Part shown: positions 30,989 through 37,644 of the stretch, piece by piece
Position numbering within the stretch: position 1 is the stretch's first letter
Layout: every line of letters starts with the position of its first letter
Origin: an uncultured Candidatus Saccharibacteria bacterium
GTDB lineage: Bacteria; Patescibacteriota; Minisyncoccia; UBA6257; WO2-44-18
Direction: 5' to 3'
Length of the DNA: 46,171 nt
Assembly (NCBI GenBank): GCA_964545345.1
Contig: CAZJFE010000002.1
Coordinates: 1 to 46,171, forward strand
Program-made: the position numbers and the translations under genes
Notes under the pieces: model-generated
Told to the model about the DNA's origin: nothing
The model's database searches: none
What the model saw: only the letters and a program-made list of their open reading frames with translations

Positions 30989-32587
30989 ATGGAGAAAATG
31001 TCCAAGAAAAGCGAAAAAGAGGTTGAGTTTCTGAAAAATCTGGAGGATCAGTTTGAAAAAGCTAAGCCGGTCAAGGAAGTCGCCGACAAGCTTTCGGAGC
31101 ATGGATTTGAGGCCTATCTCGTGGGCGGTTGCCTGCGCGATCTTTTGCTTGGGAAAACTCCTAAAGATTGGGATCTAACCACCGATGCCAAACCGGAAGA
31201 AATTCTGAAGGTTTTCCCGGATAGTGTTTATGAAAACCAGTTTGGCACGGTTGGAGTGAAAACTCGGTCTGATGATCCGGCAATGGCGTTGGTGGAGGTG
31301 ACTACTTTTCGGAAGGAAGGGAAGTATACCGATAAGCGGCATCCGGACGAAATTACTTTTGCAAAAACTGTTGAAGAAGATCTTTCCCGGCGTGATTTTA
31401 CTATCAACGCGATGGCTTACTTGGTGCATCCTGATAAGCGCCGCGCCGAAGGTTTAGTGGATCCGTTTGGCGGTAGGAAAGATTTAGAAGATGGGGTGAT
31501 CCGGGCGGTTGGAGAGCCAAAGGAGCGGTTTGAGGAAGACGCGCTTCGTTTGATGCGAGCTGTCCGATTCGCCGGCCGATTGGGTTTTTCTGTTGAGGAA
31601 AAAACCGCCCAGGCGATTAAAGAAAAAGCCGGTTTGTTGGAATTTATCGCCAAAGAGAGAATTCGGGAAGAATTCTGCAAGTTAGTAATGACCGACAACG
31701 CGGCCGAAGGAGTGCGTCGCATGGAAGAGCTGGATCTGTTGCGTTATGTGATGCCGGAATTACGCGAGGGCGTCGGGATGGATCAGAACATGCACCATGT
31801 CTACACTGTCTTTGAGCACAACGTTAACGCGATGGCTTACGCGGCGGATGAAAAATTTCCGCTGTATCTTCGTCTGGCGGCTTTATTGCACGACGTAGGC
31901 AAACCGAAATCTCGCGAGTGGAAGGCGAAGCCCACAGGCACTCGAACGCATAATGGGCAAAAAGGCGAGTGGACCTTTCTTCAGCACCAATATATCGGAA
32001 AGAAAATGGTGATCCCGATGTTGGATAAACTAAAGTTCCCTAAAAAAGAGATTGAAAAAATCGCTCTTTTGGTGCGCGAGCATATGTTCGCTTTTGACGC
32101 GGATCTGGGAACCGCTCGGGGCGCGCGCCGTTTTGTGAACCGAGTCGGTCAGGATAATGTTGAGGATTTGATGAAGCTACGCGAGTGTGATCGTATCGGC
32201 TCGGGCACTGAAGTGGCGGTGCCGATGCGTCTTCGTAAATTTAAGGCGATGATTGAGATCGCCATGAAGGATCCGATTAGCGCCAAAACCTTGAAGATTA
32301 ACGGCGGGGACGTTATGAAATTGTTGAAGATTACTCCCGGGCCGAAAGTTGGCGCGGTTTTGGCTGTGCTTCTTGAAAAAGTTTTGGATAATCCGAAGCT
32401 CAACGAGAAGGCCAAGCTTTTAAAAGAGGCGGAGAAGTTGGGGAAATTAGACGACAAAGAACTTTTGGGATTGCGGGAAAAAGCTAGGAAAGAAATAGAA
32501 GAGGCGCAGAAAAGAGTTGACGAAGGGGTAATGGACCAGTATGGTGTTAAGGGTCCGATGGCTAGACCTCCAAAGAGGAAAAAGTAA
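30989..32587 (+). CDS. cca: CCA-adding tRNA nucleotidyltransferase with HD domain
   Basis: YLVGGCLRDLLLGKTPKDWDLTT, RDFTINAMA, and an HD region LHDVGKP. Length 532 aa. Confidence 0.85.
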   Translation: MEKMSKKSEKEVEFLKNLEDQFEKAKPVKEVADKLSEHGFEAYLVGGCLRDLLLGKTPKDWDLTTDAKPEEILKVFPDSVYENQFGTVGVKTRSDDPAMALVEVTTFRKEGKYTDKRHPDEITFAKTVEEDLSRRDFTINAMAYLVHPDKRRAEGLVDPFGGRKDLEDGVIRAVGEPKERFEEDALRLMRAVRFAGRLGFSVEEKTAQAIKEKAGLLEFIAKERIREEFCKLVMTDNAAEGVRRMEELDLLRYVMPELREGVGMDQNMHHVYTVFEHNVNAMAYAADEKFPLYLRLAALLHDVGKPKSREWKAKPTGTRTHNGQKGEWTFLQHQYIGKKMVIPMLDKLKFPKKEIEKIALLVREHMFAFDADLGTARGARRFVNRVGQDNVEDLMKLRECDRIGSGTEVAVPMRLRKFKAMIEIAMKDPISAKTLKINGGDVMKLLKITPGPKVGAVLAVLLEKVLDNPKLNEKAKLLKEAEKLGKLDDKELLGLREKARKEIEEAQKRVDEGVMDQYGVKGPMARPPKRKK

Positions 32588-32589
32588 GT

Positions 32590-32738
32590 TTGCGGGCTGT
32601 AAGCAAAGCTTTCGGCCCATCACTCGGAGAAAGCGCACAAGTAAGCTTGTCCGATTCTCCTTCGTTCGGGCTGTAAGCAGAGCTTGCAGCCCATCATTCG
32701 GAAGAAGCGTACAAGCGAGCTAGTACGATCTTCCTTCA
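32590..32738 (+). repeat. Two tandem 74-75-nt units, each folding into two hairpins, sharing the 5' sequence TTCGGGCTGTA with the tRNA that follows
   Basis: Unit A spans 32590-32664 and unit B 32665-32738, about 80 percent identical. The stem of hairpin 2 changes GGAGAA/TTCTCC to GGAAGA/TCTTCC, which is compensatory. Confidence 0.7.
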
Positions 32739-32740
32739 TT

Positions 32741-32919
32741 CGGGCTGTAGTATATCGGCAGTACACACGCCCCGCCCCCACACCAAAATTTCGGAGAGTA
32801 GTATATCGGCAGTACACACGCTTCGGGTGCGTGAAGGCCGGGTTCGATTCCCGGCTCTCCGACGGTGTGGTGTGGGGGTGAAGGTGCGTGAGGGCTGGGT
32901 TCGATTCCCAGCAGCCCGA
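32741..32919 (+). tRNA. Interrupted tRNA-Pro-like gene (outer): intact acceptor, D, anticodon-stem and T arms, but 115 nt in place of the 7-nt anticodon loop
   Basis: The 5' part is CGGGCTG TA GTAT ATCGGCA GTAC A CACGC (32741-32770). The 3' part is GCGTG AGGG CTGGG TTCGATT CCCAG CAGCCCG A (32886-32919). C1-G72 and A73 match the Pro signature. No identifiable NGG loop. Confidence 0.6.
32792..32862 (+). tRNA. tRNA-Pro (anticodon CGG), 71 nt, no encoded CCA
   Basis: Manual cloverleaf: CGGAGAG/CTCTCCG acceptor, D arm GTAT-ATCGGCA-GTAC, anticodon arm CACGC-TTCGGGT-GCGTG, 4-nt variable loop, T arm CCGGG-TTCGATT-CCCGG, and A73. Confidence 0.85.
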
Positions 32920-32930
32920 CTAAACAAAAG

Positions 32931-32950
32931 CAGGCCCTATGGCCTGTTTT
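32931..32950 (+). terminator. Rho-independent terminator after the tRNA locus
   Basis: CAGGCC CTAT GGCCTG hairpin followed by TTTT. Confidence 0.75.
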
Positions 32951-33022
32951 TGTTTGCTGCCTCTATCCGTAATCTGTTAGACTGTGGGCGTTCTTTGAAA
33001 TTATTAGAAAGAGAGGCCTTCC

Positions 33023-34207
33023 GTGAAAGTAAAGATTTACGACGACATCCACTATTTGACCATTTTGCATTGTTTGCATGATTTGGAGTTTGATCCAGAG
33101 GTCACCGAAGAAAATACGGAGGCGATCTTTGTTCGTTCCAAAGATTTGAAGAAAATGACCCTACCGAGGACCTTAGTGGCGATTGGCAGGGCCGGTTCCG
33201 GTGTGGATAACATTCCGCTTGACTGGTGTAGCCGAAATGGCGTGGCGGTGTTTAACGCTCCGGGCGGCAATTCTAACGCGGTCAAGGAAATGGTATTGGC
33301 GGCGCTAGTGATGGCGGCTCGTCCGATGTTTCAGGCGGCGAACGCATTAGCCAAAGACCCGAAAAATCCCGAAAAACTAAAGAAAGAGTTTAAGGGAAAT
33401 GAATTGGCGGGAAAGCCCATCCTGATTTTAGGAATGGGCGCAATCGGTTCTCGGGTTGCCAAGATGTGTTTGGCTTTGGATATGGAGGTCATCGCTCATG
33501 ATCCGTTTGTTGACCGAAAGAATTTTGATCCGGTAATCAAATTTGTGGATTCTCTGGACGAGGCGGCGGAGTTGTGTCCGAGGTTCATCACCATTCATTC
33601 CGCGTTGACCGATCAGAATCGGGAAATGGTGAATGAAAGATTTTTCCGAGGCGGAGTCGGTATCATCAATTTCGCTCGGGCGGAGTTCGTCGCTGAGCAA
33701 GATCTTTGCGACGAACTGAAGACCGGCAGGGTGGGCGCCTACATTTCCGATTTTGTCCCGAAGAAAATTCCGATTGAGGAATTTTTGAAAACTGGCCGCG
33801 CTGTTTTCTTCCCCCATCTTGGCGCTTCTACCTGGGAAGCTGAAACTCTCGCTACCGAAATCGTTGGAGAACGGATCAATAATTTTTTCTACTACGGAAT
33901 TTGTCGGGGTTCGGTAAATTTTCCGGATATGCCGGATGAAAAAGTTCAGGAAGGGCGAATGCGTTTGCTGGTGAGTAATCACGACGCGCCCGGGCTAATC
34001 AAAAAAATTAGCGAGACGATTAGCGCCGCCGGATTGAATATCGGCTCCATGACTAATCGGAGTCGCAAGGATAGTGGACTCGCCCTGAATTACGTTGATG
34101 TTGATACTCAGCCATCCGATGAGCGTTTGCGGAAAGTCGTTGAAGAAATTGGGCAGATCCCCGGCGTTACTCGCGCCAGGATTTGCGATCCAAATTCAAG
34201 ATATTGA
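33023..34207 (+). CDS. serA: D-3-phosphoglycerate dehydrogenase with C-terminal ACT domain
   Basis: 2-hydroxyacid dehydrogenase core (ILGMGAIGSRVAK) plus an ACT-like tail (RLLVSNHDAPGLIKKISETISAAGLNIGSM). GTG start. Confidence 0.8.
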   Translation: MKVKIYDDIHYLTILHCLHDLEFDPEVTEENTEAIFVRSKDLKKMTLPRTLVAIGRAGSGVDNIPLDWCSRNGVAVFNAPGGNSNAVKEMVLAALVMAARPMFQAANALAKDPKNPEKLKKEFKGNELAGKPILILGMGAIGSRVAKMCLALDMEVIAHDPFVDRKNFDPVIKFVDSLDEAAELCPRFITIHSALTDQNREMVNERFFRGGVGIINFARAEFVAEQDLCDELKTGRVGAYISDFVPKKIPIEEFLKTGRAVFFPHLGASTWEAETLATEIVGERINNFFYYGICRGSVNFPDMPDEKVQEGRMRLLVSNHDAPGLIKKISETISAAGLNIGSMTNRSRKDSGLALNYVDVDTQPSDERLRKVVEEIGQIPGVTRARICDPNSRY

Positions 34208-34214
34208 GGATTAT

Positions 34215-34248
34215 AATTCCCCGCCATTGACGGGGAATTTATTTTTTG
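34215..34248 (+). terminator. Rho-independent terminator
   Basis: AATTCCCCG CCATTGA CGGGGAATT hairpin followed by TATTTTTT. Confidence 0.8.
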
Positions 34249-34284
34249 TATGATATAGCTGGTTTCATTGATAAGGAGAAAGCA

Positions 34285-35385
34285 GTGAAAATTCAAGCGG
34301 AATATATTTGGTTGGATGGTCAGGGGAAGAAAAAGCAGCCAGGAAATTTTGATCAAATGGCCGAATTGCGTTCTAAGACGCAGATCGTCTCTGTCCCGGA
34401 TCTAAAGCATCTTTATCCGGATCAGCTCCCGATTTTGTACTTGGGTGAACAAGTTGGTAATTGGGGGTTTGATGGTTCTAGTACGGAACAGGCCCTTGGA
34501 GGCGACAGTGATTGCGCTCTGAAGCCGGTCGCGGTTTACAGAGACCCGATTAGAGGTGGTTCCAATATCTTGGTGATGTGTGAAGTGTTGCAGCCCAACG
34601 GCCGTCCGCACTGGAGTAATACTCGGAGGAAGCTGGCGAATGCCGCTCTCAAGCATAGGGATGCCATGTCCCTTTTCGGTATTGAACAGGAGTACACTCT
34701 TTTTGCCCGGGATATGAAACCCCTGGCTTGGGCGATGCTCGGCGCGGATCCGGTAGCGCAAGGTCGCTATTATTGCGGAGTTGGCGCTGACAGAATTTTT
34801 GGCCGAGAGCTAATGGAACGTCACACTAAAGCTTGTATTGATGCCGGCTTGAAGATTGCCGGAACAAACTGGGAAGTGATGCCCGGGCAGGCGGAATTCC
34901 AAATTGGACCACTGCCCGCTCCGGAGGTCGCGGATCAGTTGTGGGTTGCTCGTTGGTTAATCCAGCGTATCGGCGAGGATTTGGGAATTGTTGTTTCATT
35001 CCATCCGAAACCGATGGGGAAGGACGCGGACTGGAACGGCGCCGGCGCTCATACTAACTACAGCACTGGGACGATGATGGAAAAGGAAGGTGGCTGGAAG
35101 GCAATCAATGAGGCATGCAAGCGTCTCGAGGCCAGTCATAATGAACACATTAAAGTTTATGGAGAGCGCAATGATCAGCGTTTGAGCGGAAAGCATGAAA
35201 CCTGCAAAATCACGGAGTTCTGTTATGGCGTAAGTGATCGAGGCGCTTCGGTGCGTATTCCAATGGGAACGGCGAAGAAGAAGTGCGGATACATTGAAGA
35301 CCGTCGTCCGGCGGCGAACATGGATCCATATTTAGTTTGCCGCGCTATTTTGGAAACGGTTTGCGGCGAAGGATTTAAGAAATAA
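34285..35385 (+). CDS. glnII: Glutamine synthetase type II (eukaryote-like GSII)
   Basis: KIQAEYIWLDG N-terminus and GTNWEVMPGQAEFQIGP signature. GTG 34285, 6 nt after AAGGAG, is preferred because the track's TTG 34246 lies inside the serA terminator. Confidence 0.85.
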   Translation: MKIQAEYIWLDGQGKKKQPGNFDQMAELRSKTQIVSVPDLKHLYPDQLPILYLGEQVGNWGFDGSSTEQALGGDSDCALKPVAVYRDPIRGGSNILVMCEVLQPNGRPHWSNTRRKLANAALKHRDAMSLFGIEQEYTLFARDMKPLAWAMLGADPVAQGRYYCGVGADRIFGRELMERHTKACIDAGLKIAGTNWEVMPGQAEFQIGPLPAPEVADQLWVARWLIQRIGEDLGIVVSFHPKPMGKDADWNGAGAHTNYSTGTMMEKEGGWKAINEACKRLEASHNEHIKVYGERNDQRLSGKHETCKITEFCYGVSDRGASVRIPMGTAKKKCGYIEDRRPAANMDPYLVCRAILETVCGEGFKK

Positions 35386-35391
35386 AGACAT

Positions 35392-35416
35392 GCCCCGTGT
35401 TCTCACGGGGCTTTTT
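35392..35416 (+). terminator. Rho-independent terminator
   Basis: GCCCCGTG TTCT CACGGGGC hairpin followed by TTTTT. Confidence 0.9.
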
Positions 35417-35433
35417 AATTTGGAAAAACGAAT

Positions 35434-35439
35434 TATAAT
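35434..35439 (+). promoter_or_regulatory. TATAAT box placed 6 nt before ATG 35446 (leaderless layout)
   Basis: Consensus -10 hexamer with no Shine-Dalgarno sequence. Confidence 0.5.
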
Positions 35440-35445
35440 GAAGTA

Positions 35446-35628
35446 ATGAAATGGCTTAGTTGGGCGATGCTGGTTATGGGGATTTGGCTGATTCTTTCAC
35501 CTTTTGTTTTGGGTTATTGGGGCGTTACTTCGGCTCTCTGGGTTCAGTTGGTAGTCGGAGTGTTGGTAGGTTTGTCCGCCATCTGGCAGTTAGTGGATAC
35601 AAATGACAATACTAATAGCGATCTATAA
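35446..35628 (+). CDS. Small two-TM membrane protein (SPW-repeat-like)
   Basis: 60 aa. The LILSPFVLGYWG motif resembles SPW repeat proteins. Confidence 0.5.
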   Translation: MKWLSWAMLVMGIWLILSPFVLGYWGVTSALWVQLVVGVLVGLSAIWQLVDTNDNTNSDL

Positions 35629-35637
35629 CAAACATCC

Positions 35638-35871
35638 ATGGCAAAAATAATTATTTACTCAACTCCGACCTGCGTCTATTGCAAGATGGCGAAGGATTTT
35701 TTCAAGGCAAATAATCTTGCTTATGAAGAGCATGATGTGGCGTCCGATATGAAAGCTCGCGAGGAGATGGTTCAGAAGTCCGGTCAGCTGGGTGTTCCGG
35801 TAATTGATATTGATGGGAAGATCATGGTTGGTTTTGATGAGGAGGAGCTTCGGCAGGCGCTTGGTTTATAA
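35638..35871 (+). CDS. Glutaredoxin-family protein (NrdH/Grx-like)
   Basis: 77 aa. IIIYSTPTCVYCKMAKDFF carries a CxxC motif. A GVPVIDIDG motif is present. Confidence 0.85.
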   Translation: MAKIIIYSTPTCVYCKMAKDFFKANNLAYEEHDVASDMKAREEMVQKSGQLGVPVIDIDGKIMVGFDEEELRQALGL

Positions 35872-35912
35872 CTGATGCATATTTAAACATTTAAATATTG
35901 AAATATTTTTTT

Positions 35913-36854
35913 ATGTACGATCTTGTAATTATCGGCGGCGGCCCGGGCGGGATAGCGGCCGGCGTGTACGCCGCTCGGAAGAAAATAAAATCTGCCATTG
36001 TGGCGGGGGATTTCGGAGGCGCTTCAAAAGTATCGGCTGACATCCAGAATTGGATCGGAACGAAATCAATTTCCGGTTATGACTGGTCCAAGACGTTGGA
36101 GGGGCACCTGCGGGCTCAACAGGGAATTGACGTGATTCATCCGGATTTGGTTGAGAAGGTGGAAAAAATAGATGCCGGTTTTTCCATTAAGACCAAAAGC
36201 GGGAAGTTATTGGAATCAAAGACTATTCTGGTAACTACCGGTAGCGCGCGGAAAAAGTTAAATATTCCCGGAGAAAAAGAATTTGACGGCAAAGGAGTAG
36301 TTTATTGTTCAACTTGCGACGCTCCGATTTTCGCCGGGAAAACGGTGGCGGTAGTGGGCGGAGGAAATGCCGGACTAGAGGCGGTTTTGGATGCCGATCC
36401 GTACGCGACCAAAATTTATATTTTGGAATTTTCCGATCAATTGAAGGGAGACGCCGTGACGCAGGAGAAATTGCGAGCCAATCCGAAAGTGGAAATCATT
36501 ACCGGCGCTAAAACGTTGGAAATCATCGGAGATAAATTCGTCAGCGGTTTGAAGTATGAAGATATAAAGAGCGGCGAGGTAAAGGAATTAAAGTTGGAGG
36601 GGGTTTTCGTTGAGATTGGAGCTTATCCGAATGTCGGCTTTGTAAAAGAATTGGTTAAGACGAACGATTTCGGAGAAATTGTAGTGGATCATAAAACCCA
36701 AGCCACTTCTATGCCGGGAATTTGGGCGGCCGGCGACGCCTCAGATGTTTTGTACAAACAAAACAATATTTCTTCGGGTGACGCGATTAAGGCGGTTTTA
36801 AACATTGTTGACCATCTCAACAAAACCGAATCTCAGAGGGAATATTCAAAATAG
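35913..36854 (+). CDS. trxB: Thioredoxin-disulfide reductase
   Basis: MYDLVIIGGGPGGIAAGVYAAR (FAD motif), the redox CSTC motif, VAVVGGGNAGLE (NADPH motif) and GIWAAGDA. ATG 35913 is preferred over TTG 35898. Confidence 0.85.
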   Translation: MYDLVIIGGGPGGIAAGVYAARKKIKSAIVAGDFGGASKVSADIQNWIGTKSISGYDWSKTLEGHLRAQQGIDVIHPDLVEKVEKIDAGFSIKTKSGKLLESKTILVTTGSARKKLNIPGEKEFDGKGVVYCSTCDAPIFAGKTVAVVGGGNAGLEAVLDADPYATKIYILEFSDQLKGDAVTQEKLRANPKVEIITGAKTLEIIGDKFVSGLKYEDIKSGEVKELKLEGVFVEIGAYPNVGFVKELVKTNDFGEIVVDHKTQATSMPGIWAAGDASDVLYKQNNISSGDAIKAVLNIVDHLNKTESQREYSK

Positions 36855-37007
36855 ATGGCGCCACAACAAAATCTGGTTAAATTTCAGCTCCAGTACGCTT
36901 CCGGCGAGTTTCATAGATTTATTAATTTAGTCGTGGAATACAAGTGGTGGATTCTTGGCGGCATCGTTGTCTTCTTATTGCTTCTCCGTTGGCTGTGGCG
37001 CCGGTAG
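36855..37007 (+). CDS. Unlisted small ORF, 50 aa, C-terminal TM helix (tail-anchored)
   Basis: The ATG abuts the trxB stop (TAGATG). The translation is MAPQQNLVKFQLQYASGEFHRFINLVVEYKWWILGGIVVFLLLLRWLWRR. It is below the 60-aa cutoff of the ORF track. Confidence 0.4.
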   Translation: MAPQQNLVKFQLQYASGEFHRFINLVVEYKWWILGGIVVFLLLLRWLWRR

Positions 37008-37041
37008 CCCTTCTATTTGGGGATAAGCTAAAAATGTGATC

Positions 37042-37050
37042 TGGTATAAT
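37042..37050 (+). promoter_or_regulatory. Extended -10 promoter TGgTATAAT, 7 nt before the upstream ATG at 37058
   Basis: TG at 37042-37043 and TATAAT at 37045-37050. The predicted transcription start falls at or next to A37058. Confidence 0.55.
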
Positions 37051-37057
37051 TAAGTTA

Positions 37058-37181
37058 ATGAATCCCACACATAACAAAGAGTGCCGTGGGATCGTAATAG
37101 TCGTCGGGCGTAATTTATAAACATAAAAAATAATTAAAGACAGAGAGCGAATAAATAACTCTTTGTTATGTGTGGGATGAA
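37058..37181 (+). promoter_or_regulatory. Start-codon-masking long-range inverted repeat, copy 3 (21-bp perfect stem, 75-nt loop, mini-ORF of 20 codons)
   Basis: ATCCCACACATAACAAAGAGT (37062-37082) is the exact reverse complement of 37158-37178. The 3' arm ends in the ATG at 37177. ATGAAT lies on both flanks. The uORF (MNPTHNKECRGIVIVVGRNL*) spans 37058-37120. Confidence 0.75.
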
Positions 37182-37587
37182 TAAAAAAATGCTTCTTTGG
37201 TTAGTGGTTGCCGCTGTTTTGTTGGTCGGAGGGTATTTAGTTTTTGGTCCGGGTAAATCCGTAGTTCCCCTACCAGGTCTGGGAACATCACCGACTCCAA
37301 GCACTCAGCCGTCGCCCGCTCCGACTACCGGAGGATTAGTTCAGGTAGCGATTCGCGGATTCTCGTTTGTAGGAGCAAGTACTAAGGTGGTGCCTGGCAC
37401 TACTGTCGTTTGGAAGAATTTTGATGATGTGAATCACAGCGTTGTTGGAGCTAGTTTCCAGAGTAAAATTTTGGGTAAGGGGGGATCTTATTCCTATAAG
37501 TTTACTAAAGAAGGCACCTATCCCTATTACGACGGTCTCCACCCTGAAACCAAAGGTGAGATCATCGTTCGGAACAGTAATTTCTAG
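37177..37587 (+). CDS. Membrane-anchored cupredoxin-fold protein (plastocyanin/amicyanin-like) lacking the canonical Cys ligand
   Basis: N-terminal TM segment, a Pro/Thr linker, then VVWKNFDDVNHSV...GTYPYYDGLHPETKGEIIV. In the position of Y-C-x-x-H-x-x-M the sequence reads Y-D-G-L-H-P-E-T. Confidence 0.65.
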   Translation: MNKKMLLWLVVAAVLLVGGYLVFGPGKSVVPLPGLGTSPTPSTQPSPAPTTGGLVQVAIRGFSFVGASTKVVPGTTVVWKNFDDVNHSVVGASFQSKILGKGGSYSYKFTKEGTYPYYDGLHPETKGEIIVRNSNF

Positions 37588-37608
37588 GTTTTTAAGGTTA
37601 GACAGTTA

Positions 37609-37644
37609 AAAAAATAATTGCTAAACTCTTAGCAATTATTTTTT
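37609..37644. terminator. Bidirectional A/T-flanked terminator hairpin
   Basis: A 16-bp stem AAAAAATAATTGCTAA / TTAGCAATTATTTTTT with loop ACTC. It abuts the ATG at 37645. Confidence 0.8.

Noticed and set aside
32590-32738. CRISPR array interpretation of the 74-nt units or of the heptamer arrays
   Set aside because: The units are contiguous with no unique spacers and there are only two copies. The heptamers are far too short. No cas genes are present.
32771-32885. Archaeal-type bulge-helix-bulge intron or group I intron in the outer tRNA
   Set aside because: Only one 3-nt bulge (GAA, 32880-32882) exists, and there is no opposing bulge separated by 4 bp. No U33-NGG-R37 loop can be restored. 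At 115 nt, most of it a tRNA, the insert is too small for a group I core.
32541-32927. Four 60-65-aa ORFs on both strands across the repeat/tRNA locus
   Set aside because: They overlap one another and the tRNA structures. The absence of stop codons is explained by the GC-rich structured RNA sequence.
34246-34284. TTG start at 34246 for glutamine synthetase
   Set aside because: It lies within the T-run of the serA terminator. GTG 34285, 6 nt after AAGGAG, gives the canonical MKIQAEYIWLDG N-terminus.
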